Source: Vicugna vicugna (lineage: Eukaryota). Taken from it: a stretch of DNA of 64,000 bases. Position 1 is the stretch's first letter. Every line of letters starts with the position of its first letter. This document shows positions 25,166 through 37,045 of the stretch, piece after piece. The stretch lies in assembly GCA_013265495.1 (NCBI GenBank), contig MU061814.1, forward strand, positions 5,273,684 to 5,337,683, written 5' to 3'. The position numbers and the translations under genes were made by a program. The notes beneath the pieces are model-generated. The model ran no database searches. It was given only the letters and a program-made list of their open reading frames with translations, and was not told where the DNA came from.

Positions 25166-25539
25166 CTCACTTACAAAGCGAGGGGGAGTCTCCCTAGAAG
25201 TGGGACCCAGGAGGCAAGGGCCCCAGACGGTGCTCCTGCCACTGTGAGCGAGGCCTGGACAGAAGGAAGTTAACACCTCCCAGGCCATTAGAGACATAAC
25301 TAATGAAGGTTATGAGGAAAATATTTATTAAACACTCTTGGGGTTTTTCCATTTCCCTGATCTGAGGCAACCGGCTGTGAGTCACTTGTCACTGGAAGTT
25401 GAGTTCTCCAGGCTGGGCAGCCCCCACCTCGCTCGGCCAAGTGTGAAGCCTGCCATCCGGAACCCCGCCCCGCACGGCTGCCCCACGCCGGCTCCCGAAG
25501 CCTGGATCACACGCCACCGGGCGGGCACACAGACTGCGT

Positions 25540-25775
25540 TCGCCCTTCACCCACTGGTGGGCGCGTGGGCTGCTCCTGCCTCTTGGCAGCTGCGAATAAT
25601 GTGTCTGTGAACACGGGTGTGCAGAGATCTTTCCGAGTCCTTGCTTTCAGTTCTCATGGGGATGATACGCTCAGAATGGCAGGACCGTGTGGTAATTCTG
25701 CTTTGGGCTTTTGTTTTGTTTTGTTTTTGTAGAATTGTCAGACGGTATTCCACAGCGGCTGCGCCAGCTTACAGG
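25540..25775 (-). mobile_element. Short L1 fragment
   Basis: gctgcgaataatgtgtctgtgaacacgggtgtgcag...gtattccacagcggctgcgcca resembles the antisense L1 3' region. Confidence 0.65.
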
Positions 25776-28700
25776 CCGTGGGTTCAGAGAAGCAGTGAAA
25801 AGGGGCTTGTAAGGCCTTGGAGGGCAGGGGCGCAGGTTCCCAGGAGGAGGCTGCTGGACGGTGGGCCTCCACCGGACAAACCTGAGTGGTTTGGAGGATG
25901 GGGGCTGATGGGCGGGGCCGGGCAGGGATGGGGCCTGGATGGAGCTGAGGGAGCAGCCTCGGGGCGGGGGTTTTGGCTTCACCTTAAGCGGTAGCAGTGC
26001 GGTCCGCACAGGAGGAGGTGGGGGGCCTGGCTGCAGTCACTGGGGTGCCCAGGCTCGGAGCTGGCCCCATGACCTGGTGGGTCCTGGCCCTTCCAGGAGC
26101 ATCTGGAGGGGGTTGTGGGAAGCACTTCGGCGGAGACGGTCCAGCCGGCCTGGCCCCCACCCCCAGGCGAGAGGAGGAGCCACCAGGAGAAGAAGACGGC
26201 CAGGAGGAAGGGGAGCCTCTGAAGGCCTTGCTGAGGCCGGGAGGAGGCCCGGCGGGGCCTGCACACACGGGCACCCTCAGGCCCTGCGGAGCCTTGAGTC
26301 ACCCCACTTCCTGCGACGAACAGGCCATCTGGGATCCGGAAATTGAGCCGGCTCTTCAAATGCCCTCTGGGTCTCCATGTTCTGGGGTTTAATAGAACAT
26401 TCAGGCCTCTCAGTGAGCCAGAAAATCGCATTTCTACCTCGGAATGAGAAAACGAAAGTTCTCCCCAGTGGGAAAGGGCCCAGGCCCTCTGCAGGGCGCT
26501 GGCCGCCGGCCACGTCCTCATGGAGAGCTTGGGAGAGAGTTCCTCACCCTTCAGTGGGCGAGGCTGCGGTTCACCTTCTCTGAGAACCCACCTGAACCCT
26601 CCTCACCCCCTGGACTGGCACTTCAAGGTCAGAGCAAGTTGGTGGCTGCCGGCTTCCGGGCCCCGCAGACAGCAGACACTTCTTGGGAAGAAATCTCGGG
26701 GACCAGGAGGCGCCCTCTTTTGTGCCCCTGGGCTCTCTCCTGATGTCCTCCAGGCCCTTGCAGTGGCCTCGGCCAGGCAGCTCTCCACCCGCAAGCCGGG
26801 AGCCTCCAGTCACTGTGCCCCCAGGCGGGTTTCCTCGGGGGGACACACCCTTGGGCAAAGCCCTGAAGTCCCAGCTTGTCCCCAGGAGGGCCACCTCGCG
26901 GTCTTCTCCCCCCTGCAGCACTCTACCTCCCAGACGCAGGCCCCGCAAGCCCCTTCTACCTGCAGTCTCAGTGGTTCTGTCTCCTTGCAGACCCCGCCCC
27001 CCCCCGAGACAGACCCCGCATTCCTGGCAGCCCCTCTGCCTTTGTCCACAGAGCCCACTCGGCCCTCCCGCCCACACCCGCAGGCTCGCCCACCATGGTG
27101 TGCCTCCCTTTACAGCTGCCCCAGAGCCATTTCACACCAACTTTAACACCAGGACACACAGGACGTGCCGAGACCCCGGGCAGCAGCAACCCCCAGAGGT
27201 GGCGTGTCCCTCCCAGCACTGACGGAGACCCGCCTGAGGGCAGCCGGCCGCCACCTCCCTGTCACCAGTTGAAGCCCCCAGAGGTAGGTTTCTCGGTTGG
27301 GAACGTGTCTCTCATTTTCCAGGAGAGGGCTCCAGGGCCTGATCAGCCGGGGGAAGCAGGGCTGTCCAGGACGTCTGGCCGCAGCTGTCCCTCTGAAGGC
27401 TGAAAAGGTGGGGGAAGAAGGTGGGTCAAGGGTTCAGTCAGCCCTGGTCCCTCGGTGAGTGGGGGCGGCAGGAAGGGGTCATCCCAGGAAGCTGTTCTAG
27501 GTCCCTGATAAGGCCGTGCTGAGCAGAGGGGACAATGGGGGTGGCTTTTTATAGCTCTTTACAGAGACACAGAGCTCAGCAATGCCTTGGCTTCCCAGGG
27601 GATGAAGGAGACACGGTTCTGGAAGACTTCCTGGAGGAAGCAGGATAGAGGTTTGCACAGTCATCAGAGGAGGGAACGTTCAGGAACCCTGCAGTGCAAA
27701 GGCCGGGGGTGGGGTGGGGGCACCACCCCGGGTCCTGGCTGGAGTGGGCAAGGCAGGGAGGGGCTGGCCGGCGGTGGGCTGGGCTGGGCCAGGACCCAAG
27801 AGCCCAAGTGGGTGTAAGCTCCAGCACCAGGCCAGTGGGGGACACAGGACAAAGCCACTGGACAAGGGAAGGACAGGGTGGAAGGGGTGTGGGGGGGTCC
27901 AGAGGCTGAGTGCCGGACAAGCCGCCCCAGCGCCCCTGGAAGCAGGGGCCCCTGCCTTTCGCCCCCCTGGGCCGTCTCTCCTTTTTGCTGGTTGTCACGA
28001 GCAGCAGTCGGGGCATTTGCTCCTGAGGGGGCAGCAGCTTTGGGGTGAAGATGCCCCCTGAGGCAGTGTCTCCGCAGCAGGGAAAGGTCGTGTCCACTGA
28101 GTTTGCTGAGATTCCCACCCAAATAAACCATGAAGAAATGCCCATGCGGCTCTGTGAATAACTGCTGGTAAGCTGAGTGTTTGCATTTAATGTTTTTAAC
28201 ACAAAAACACCCTCAGTGCACCACCACCTTCCTAGTCACAGGGCAATGGCAGGGCCTGCAGACACCACTCTGCCTTACAGGCGGGCGGGCTGGCGCGGGC
28301 GCCAGGCGGAAGGCCCGGCGGGCGCCTTGTTGCTTGTCAGTGGAACCCGTGAGGCACAGTTGTGTTTGAAGCTAAGTAACGCCACCCCTGGCGTGAGGCC
28401 CTTCCGGGACGTGAGGTCTCTGCCACATGGACCTTCTGACCCCAGCTCCGCCCCCAGACTGGCACGGCGGGCCCCGGGCAGGCCTGGGCAGAGCCAATGC
28501 GCTCCACCTGGCAAGGTCATTTGCCTCTTGTGGAAGCGAATGCAGAAGGACCACCCAGGTGGGTCCACGGTGAAACTCAAACGCGTTTTACAGGGAAACA
28601 CTGGGCAGCTGTGGCCCTGCGTCTGGAAAAGGGCTGGGCTTCGCGGGCACTGGGCCTGGCACGCCTGTGCCTGCCACTCCGGCAGTGTCTGTGCCATGCA

Positions 28701-31700
28701 GCCGCCAGCTGCTGCTCCCACTCTACCTAGTCCACCTTTCCTGGAACTTAGGGTGCCCCACGTGTCCTTAGGACTCCAGGCTCTAAGGAAGGGCGGGGAG
28801 GTCCAGACCCCATCTTTCCCACCCACAACGTAGTTTCTAACACCAGCCTCTCTGAGCAATGACCAGCTGGTGGCTTCTAAGGAGAACGTGACACCGCGTC
28901 TGTCTGCCCAGACGCGGAAGCCTGAGCCATCAACGGCGGCACCCACCAGACGCGAGTGCTGTGAATGGGGGTCTCTGTCCTCCGGGGCCCAGAGCTCCCA
29001 TCACTGCCGCCAAACGCGTGTAATTCCAAGTGATTTATCGGTGCATCTGCGACCCCAGGGGGAGCCTCCCCATCCACCAGCCTTTTGGGAGCACGCTTGG
29101 GACCCACGCACGAGAATCAGAGTCCCCAGCCGCTGCCTTCAAAGACTGCAGAGCCTCTAAAAAGACAAAGGGGGAATTGAAACTCCATCTCCGGAGAGTC
29201 ACCTTGCTGGGGAGACACAAAGATGGAGGAACAGAGGGGGGTCTGTGGCCTCTCACAATTCAGCAGGCACTGGCCAGCATCCTGGCCCGGGGGGGCCGAC
29301 ATCTCGGTTCACATGGCAGGCTAGCAAAGCTGCGCGATCGGACATGGAGACCCTGCTGACAGCTGCGTCTTGGAAGGTTTATGTGGCCCTGCACAGCGCT
29401 AAGCACCGTGGGAACAGTAGGAAACTGAGGCCCAGGGAAGCTGATGCAGAGCCCGAGGGAAAGGTCAGAAAGTGCCTTGTAGAGTCCGGAGTCTTCGGGC
29501 CGCGTCTGGCTTGAAAGGGCTGCTCCCCTCCCAGGATGGAATTACGACTTTGAGAACAGAAAATGCCTCTTACTCCCGTGGACTTCTGCTGCTGAAGACC
29601 CTCCCAGGGGCCCACGCCCTCCCTCCACCTGACAATCCCCCCCCCCCCCTGAAGACTCTTACTGGGACCACTCTGACCTTACGATTCTCCTCTTTGTTAA
29701 GCCATGTACTGCTGACAGCTCACGCCTGGACTGCACTGAATGATAATTCCTCACGTGAACTCAGTGTCTAACAGGGAGATCACAGCCACTCACACATCTA
29801 CGCCCTGTAACTGAACCCGGCCCCTAACCTTCAGCAAAACAGGGAGATCAGCTTGGACTTTGCTCCAACGTGTTTCCACCATTCCTCAGATGGGGTGTCA
29901 GTTGCCACTGGGTTGAAATGGATGTCTTGTGAAATCAAAAAAAGGAAGAGCATCAAACAGTTCAGCTGACACACATGCAAAAGTCACCGACATAGCCGTG
30001 ACCATGGGCACTGTGTTCACAGGAGGTTTTACGTGTTCCCCAGATAAAGCGTGCTGGCTAAGCGAGGTCATTGAGGGATTGTGTGCCCAATGCCCCGCTT
30101 TCCGGGCCCGACCCCCAGGCGGGGGCGTCAAGCCTTACGGTGGGGACGGCGTTCCTGTCTGGCCGAGAACCTGCCCCACGACCTGGAGAAACTTTCTGCC
30201 TCCCTCCCTTCGCTTCTCCTCTGATCTCAGGAGACACACTCTCCCCGAAGTGAGATGTCCAGACGGCAAGCTGAAGGCCGTGGAGGGAAGGGGTGTGTTT
30301 GTACCAGCTCCGCCATTCCAGTTCTGGGGGGGGCCTTCAAACAGGGTGTCAGAGAACAATCATTGCCCAGAAAAATGTCAAGCACCATTTCTAGCCTCCT
30401 GGAGCTGCCCAGATGGGCAGCAGAGGGGAGCCGGTGAGGCCTGGCTCCATGCTTTCTTTCCCTTTTAATGACTTCCTCTCCAGACAGCCCCAGCGGGACG
30501 GAGCTTATCGAGTTCAGAGTGTTCCGGGGCGCACTGTCAGGCTGCCCCTGTTCTCAGAGGCTGCTGTGTCTGGGGCTGACCTTCAGGCCTCCTCCCCACC
30601 CCTCTAACTCCTCCAGCGCCAGAGGAGGGTGGAGTCGGCCCCCTGATCCCAGGGCACGCCCCGCCTCTGTGGCAGGTTGCACAGCAGGGGGTCCTCGCAG
30701 GGTCCTCCCCAGGGACCTGAGCTCCAGCTTGGCTAGGAGGACCCGAGGCTGCCTTCTGCACGAATGTGCCCAAAATGTTTGTTCCCCATTTACTTTTCAA
30801 ATTGGGCCTGTGGCCAAGCCCTGTGGGAGGTTCCCTGGAGGGGAGACCAGCCAACACGATGAGGCACCTTGTGGGCCTGGGGGCCATGCTCCCCGGGGGA
30901 AGGGGGCCTCCGTGGTGTGTGGGTGAAGCAGGCAGGGCTCCAGCAAGGCTGCAGGTGGCAGTGAATCACAGAGCCTGAACTGGCCCTGTCCTCCCGCTCG
31001 GTCCCCTGTGCCTGTCACATCCAGGATAGAGTCTCCACTAACCACGGCCTGTCCCCAGCACCTGTGTGACCTACCCAGTATCCTTCTCAGACAAGGTCTA
31101 CGGCTCGGGCCCTCAGTACTGATTGGCTACAATCTAATACCACTTTCTCTCTTCCTTCATCTGTTTTTTTTAATGGAAACCTATGGCAATGACACAGATA
31201 AATGTTTTTCAAAGCAAACTCTTTGAGTAAAATACATGAGTTGCTCAAAGGAAGAAAACATCTAAATAATGCTTTTAAAGGATCAAATCCAAAATGAAGA
31301 TTGGAAACTTGAGTCTGGTCCTGCTGCTGACATTTGAAATGCTCTCACCGCACCGTGGTCGGAAGACTGACGAGTCCTGCTCACGCGCCGCGAGCTCACC
31401 ACCCGTCCAAGGGCAGCCTGGGCCGCTCCCCGGGGAAGTGCTGGGGCTCCAGGGTCTCCACACGGAGCTCCGGGCCCTCTCCCCTGCCGGGTGGGGTTGG
31501 GGGAGCTTTGAGCAGCCGGCAGCCTCCTCTTCCAGGTGGAACGACCAGTGTCCCAGCAGTTCCTCATCCTCTCAGAGGGAACTTCTCCATCCGGGAACAA
31601 CAGTGGGTTGTTTTCTTCTCTTAAAGGGCAGTGCCAGGAGTGGAGGCCAGTATTCCAGGTGTACCTGGACCTCGGCCCAGCTTCCGGGAGCCCCAAGGAC

Positions 31701-32029
31701 ATTGCCAGGGACTCCCAGGACCAGATGGGAGTGGGTCAAAGCCCAGCTCGGAAGGAAGAGCATTTCATAAACAACTGTGTGAGGGGACACTTCCCCATAA
31801 GCACCCCTCCTCTAGCTGTGACTCTCTGCCCCCCCCCAGGAAGAGGCCAGCCCTGCACCTCCCTGTGCGTCCATGGACTTTACTGACCAGCAAGGTCACG
31901 CTCTGGCCGCTACTCCCTTAGCCCACTTACCTCAGCACTCAGACGCACACAGCTGATTCTGTAGACCCCTTGACATACATACGTATGTGTGTGCGTATGT
32001 ATTTACTGTTGTGCTACTGTACGAAGGCA

Positions 32030-32137
32030 TTTTGGTGGCGGGTAGCCAGGCTTACCTTTAGAGGAGGTGTGGGGGCTGAACCCAGGACCTCGGCCATGCT
32101 AAGCATGTGCTCTGCCACTTGAACTATACCTAACTCC
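32030..32137 (-). mobile_element. Second, more diverged tRNA-derived camelid SINE copy
   Basis: ggaggtgtgggggctgaacccaggacctcggccatgctaagcatgtgctctgccacttgaactatacc aligns with the 8342-8469 copy. Confidence 0.82.
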
Positions 32138-32462
32138 TTCTTTTAAAGTAAGTTCATTGTAAGGAAAATAGAAAGGAAGCACTGCGGACGTTGTTGGGCC
32201 CCGCTGTTAAAGCGCCGCTGCTTGGCCGCTCTCAGGAGCCTCGATGCCCACCAAACTCCTCCCTTGTCTTACTCCGTTCAGTTTTTCAACAGCCCTTGAA
32301 GGAAGCTCCGTGTCACTCCTGTTCTACACAGGAGGGAACTGAGACTCAGAGAGATTAAGCAATGTGTTCAAGGTCACAGAACATGAAAATTGGTGGGATC
32401 CAAACAGGGCCTCCTATGGACGGCAGCGTGCCTGCTGCCCCCCTTCCGCCTGACATCAGCCC

Positions 32463-32470
32463 TGACGTCA
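32463..32470. promoter_or_regulatory. Perfect palindromic CRE (TGACGTCA) at the upstream edge of the CpG island
   Basis: Exact 8-mer, with a near-copy TGACATCA at 32451-32458. Function is inferred only. Confidence 0.5.
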
Positions 32471-32519
32471 AATAGAGGGTCATTTTACCGAAAAGGCAAC
32501 AGGCAGAAAGCAGTGGATT

Positions 32520-34060
32520 CCCCAGGCGAGGGTGCTGGCCTCACCATGCGCCAGGGCACGTCCGCAAACCCACACCCCCGACTCCCGTGGGCGCCAGGGG
32601 GCCCCCGAGGGGCCGCGCAGAGGTGGGCGTCCCGACCCAGGGCAGCGGCCGCCGCTCTCCGCGCCTTCGCCCCGGCCCCCGCCGTGCCGCCGGTGGTCTT
32701 TCCGAAGGGGTGAGCCGGGAAACTCCCTCCCTCCCACGTCCTCTCCCAGGATCTCGGCCCCACACGCCCAGGTTCATTTCCCAGTCGGTGCGAAGCTGAG
32801 TCGACCAATGGCCTGGGGAGCGGACTTCACCGCTCGGCTCTCGGCTTCCCGGCCTGTAGCTCGGACGTCGGGGTCTCTCCGGGTTGGGGAGGGATTAGTC
32901 AGCGGAAGGCGCGCGGCCGGCGCGGGGCGCCGAGGGGTCGCTCTGCTCCCGAGCGGCGGCGACCTGGGGGATGGCGAGGAGTCCCGCCCCTCCGCCCCGG
33001 CCCCGCGCCCCCTCGCCCCCGCGGGTCTCGCGCCCCCTCCTCTTTGCTCCAGCCCGGGGCCCCGCCCCTAGCTCCCGCCCCTGCCGCGCGCTCCGTAGCT
33101 GTCAGCTCAGGAGGCGGGCCCGGGGCGCGGGGGCCGGGCCCAGCCCGCTCGGCGCAGCCATTGGCCGGCGCAGGCGAGGCCGGGCGGCCGCCTCCCGGCG
33201 TGGGGGGCGGGCCCGGGAGGGGATGAATGAAGCGGGAGAGGGCGGCGAGCGGCAGACAGTGTGGCTCGCGGCGCGGCGGCCGGACCCTCGGGACGGTGAG
33301 TACCCCGGACTGCGCGGGCCGGGGAGGGTCAGGGCGCCTCCGTGGGCGCGCTGCGCGGGTGCGCCGGGCCCCGACCTGCTGACGTTAGGAGCGCGACAGG
33401 TGCCCGCAGACGCTGAGCAGGGGCCAGCGGGATCGGGGTGGCGCCGGGAGGGGCAGGACTTTGGGCGCCAGCAGTGGGCCCCGAACCCCTCCGCGGCGGG
33501 AGGAGCCGGACCCAGCCTGCCTCCGGGGAATTTGCTGCAAAATGCACCCCCTCTCTCTGCGGCTCCCCCCGGGCCAGGAGCCTCTGAGGAGGAGGATGGA
33601 GGGGAAGGGGATGAGCGGTGGTAGAGGCTCGGACGCGGAGGAAGGGAGCGGCCAGGGCTGGCGGCCGGAGCAGGTGGCCGGGTGCGCAGGCCCGCGCAGG
33701 CCACGCGGGTCGGCCGGGGACAGATGCGGTTCTCGGAGCTGCAGGGTTGCGGCGGGCGCCCCACTTGTGGCGGATGCCACTGCTGCTGAGTCAAGGAGGA
33801 AATGGTCATGCATAGAAGTTTCTTGCGGACGGCGGGCTTTGTTCGCGCCAATCGCGCTCCAGACACCTCGGGGAGGAGAGCCAGGCGGAGTAGTCCCAGC
33901 CGCGCGGCTACAGTGTGGGCGCGAGGGACTGGTCCCAGCCTCTGCGTCGCCAGTCGCTCCGCTGTCCCGGCCCCTCCACGCAAGGTCCCCAGGTGCGCAG
34001 TGCAGAGCGGTGGCTGGGGTATCTGGTGCCCCGGGATGCAGGCCGAGGGCGAGGCAGGGT
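32520..34060 (+). promoter_or_regulatory. CpG-island promoter of SLCO4A1
   Basis: Very dense CpG. NF-Y-type CCAAT boxes at 32805-32809, 33160-33164 (reverse) and 33848-33852; GC box GGGGCGGG 33204-33211; no TATA box. It is the only large CpG island upstream of exon 2. Confidence 0.9.
33215..33295 (+). other. SLCO4A1: Probable first exon of SLCO4A1 (5' end unknown)
   Basis: Strong donor ACG|GTGAGT at 33295/33296 inside the CpG island, downstream of the CCAAT and GC boxes. The TSS cannot be determined from sequence. Confidence 0.7.
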
Positions 34061-34589
34061 GGAAATGAGGCACCTAGTGGGCACACTCGGCCCAAGACGT
34101 GGAAACCTGAGGCAGATGGACGCTGAGATTTCCAACCCTGCAGAGCAAGCCTTGGGAGTGTGGGAACCTAATGGGAGAAGCCCACCGGGCAGTGGGCTCA
34201 GCACCGCAAGGATGAGAGGCTGGCTGGTCCTGTCCCCCAGGCACTGCAACCCCACGTAGAGGGCTAGGGACTCCCTCTGCCAAGGTCAGCCTTGGTAATG
34301 GGCCTATGTCTGTCCGGAGCCCCTAGGAACTTCAGGAGTTTTCCACAGTGAAGGAACCAGCTTCCCAGAGGCCATTCCTTGCTTGCTTTGGGGGACTTGG
34401 GTTTCCTCTGTCTAATCAGAAGCCAGATCTGGAGAGCCGGTGGGGCTCAGTGAACTGTGAGCCTGGTGGTGCTGTGAGGTTTTCTCTGAGCAGCTTGGGG
34501 CAAGTGGACTTCAGAGGAGAGGGAACACCCGGTTTTAGCCGGGTTTGCAGATAAATCCAACACCAGAAGTAACACTAATGAAACATGTG

Positions 34590-34800
34590 TCTTTATTGCA
34601 CACTTAGAATGTGCCTGCCCTCGCTGTGGGCTTTGAGCCTTATCTCACTGAATCCTTGCCACAACCCACGAAGGAGCTACTATCGCTCCCATTCCACAGA
34701 TTAGTAAACCGAGGCTCTGCACGGTGAAGTGCATGTCCAAGGTCACACAGGCAGCACGTGGTGGAGAGATCTGAATCCAGGTTTGTGTGATTCCAGACAC
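34590..34800 (-). mobile_element. MIR SINE (near full length) in intron 1
   Basis: cccattccacagattagtaaaccgaggct...tccaaggtcacacag is the MIR core in antisense. Smaller MIR fragments lie at about 16560-16625 (+), 32315-32405 (-) and 61995-62035 (-). Confidence 0.75.
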
Positions 34801-36999
34801 CTTATAGCTCTGTTCCTGGGGAAGAAGGAAACCCGGGAGAGCCAGGTCTGACAGAACAGGTCCTCAAAGGTGGCTGCACCTAAGAGGACAAAAGCATTTG
34901 TCTGGGGTAGTCCGTGCCTGTGGGATGCAGGCAGGATGACTCTGGGTCTGCTCAGCCCAGCCTTTCTCCCTGCTGTGGAGGGACGGAGGGAGAGGCCTCT
35001 CGGTCAGACCCCCATGTCGCTGACTGCCCTGCATCAGGACCTGCTGAGCAGGGCTGGCAGACACTACTTGGAAATCCTTCGCAGGTTGCTTCCCTTTTGG
35101 GGGGCTATGATCTAATCCATGGTTCCCTGGGTATGTCCCCCCCACCCCTGGCAGGTGCTGGGCAGGTCCCAACCCAGTGCCTCCCTGCCACCGTGGTGAG
35201 GTGGCCGGGTGTCTGGAGGTCAGGCAGGAGGAGGGCCGTGTGGTTGGCGGTCTTGGGGATGGTGCTCTGTCCTGTTAGCCGGATTCTGAGTGACCCCGCT
35301 GGGAGAGCCTGGCTCTCCCTGGGCCTCTGGTGGGGCCTTGATGGACAAACCCACAGTTGCAGTGGGCTCTGGTCTGGCTTCCAAACAGAGAAGGTTCCTT
35401 TGCTCACTGTGAAGTCCAAGGCGACTTAGGGAGCTTAGTGTTATCTCCCTGACACCCTCAATCTAGGAGTCTCTGTGAGTGTGAGCCTGTTGCCAGGGCA
35501 GCACAAGCTCATAGCTTCGCGCACTCATGCCCTGGATCGAGTCCTCGCTTCCCGAGGCCTCCCTGAGTGCTACAGGCAGGGAGCGGGACAGAGCCTGGGC
35601 CCGGGGGGACCCAGTGGACTCCGCTGGGCTGTGCTCCGCTTCCTCCGTGGCTTTGTCCAGCTGGAGTGTGGGCAGGGATGCCCTCCGGAGCCTCCTGTTG
35701 GCAGCCGTGGCAAAGGGCCCGTCGTTCGCTTCTGGAGGGACATAGAGAATAAGCCTCAGGACCTCTGGGCCACTTTTGTTCCTGAACATGTGACCTCGGC
35801 GTGGTTGTGGTGGGCGTGGGTGTCGACATCAGCGCAGGGCCCCCGTCTTCATCATGACAAGTAATCAGACAGGCCCCCCCAAGATTCCGACCCAAGAGTG
35901 GGAGGGAGGCACCAGCTCAGGCCTCAGGTGAGCAGAGTTACTCATTGGATCCAGGTCCTGCAGGGGGAATGGAAGCCAGCCTGGCTGCTGGCACGCTGGG
36001 CCCAGGCCTTTCCCGCCGTAGGCTGGTCCTGGGGACTCTTTCCGCTGGTGCCCTGAGTCAGCCTTCAGCCCTCCGTCCTCACACATCCCTGTTCCCCTTG
36101 GTGACCACGCCACAGCCCTCTTTCCACCAGCATGACACAGAATTAGCCTCTTGGACCACATTTCCGGGGGTGGGGAGGCACGTTCACAAACCACATGCCT
36201 TTCACAAAAGGCGCACACTCACCATGTGGCCAGGTGAGGCTGGCTGCAGGCCAGCACTGGGCGGGGCCTGCTGACCAAGGCCCAGGAGGGTCAGCTTATT
36301 GCTGTAGAGTGTCACAGGCTCCCAGGCTGGGGGCTTCCAGCAGGTTCTCTCATCCCATGCAGCTGGGCGCCCCATAAACACCCTAATCCACGGGGCTGTT
36401 TTTTCTCAATGGCTTTTTTATCCAGCAAGTCCTGGTGGCCCCGCCACCCTGAGTACCGAGGGCTTGGGCTGGGCTGGGCTGAGAGCAGTGCCCCTGCCCC
36501 ACCTGGGCTTGCTCCGGACCCTTGCCTTTGCCCTGGGATCTACCACGTGGCACATGCTGTGCCCTGGTATTTGGACCCATGGGCCTAAGAGGCCACCTGG
36601 GAGTGGCGGAGCCCAGCCTGCGCCTGGAGAAGGCCCACCATGTGGACAGAACCCACTCCCCGGTGCCCCCAAGCCCCGGGAGGGCCTCTGCCAGTCTGCT
36701 CACCCCGCCCTCCCACACCCTGGGTTCAGCTGTGGAGACAGGGTGGGAACGGGAGCATGCAGACAGCAGGACACTCCCCATTCCCAGGGGAGGGACAGGT
36801 CTTTCCAGGTCTTTCCAGGTCTTCCTCAGACAATCCTTCATTGTGGGCCTCCATGCAAAGCAGCCAGCTTCCCGCCCATTCACCTGTGTGTGGTCACCAA
36901 GTATGCAAATTAGGGTGTGCCGGGCCCCCTGGGGCCTGCCTCCCAGGTCCCTGTTCTATAAATAGCTTTAAGCCTCATCTGCAAAAAGTGAGAGCCCCT

Positions 37000-37045
37000 T
37001 CACTCACTCATTCACTCACTCACTCACTCACTCACTCACTCACTC
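37000..37045. repeat. (TCAC)n tetranucleotide microsatellite, about 11 units with one interruption
   Basis: Directly visible in intron 1. Confidence 0.95.

Noticed and set aside
24892-25247. Poly-His/Pro and Asp/Gly/Met-rich ORFs
   Set aside because: Translations of the (CAC/CAT)n microsatellite.
1-32500. Expected syntenic MIR1-1 / MIR133A2 hairpins upstream of SLCO4A1
   Set aside because: By-eye search found neither TGGAATGTAAAGAAGTATGT nor TTTGGTCCCCTTCAACCAGC. They probably lie outside the window.
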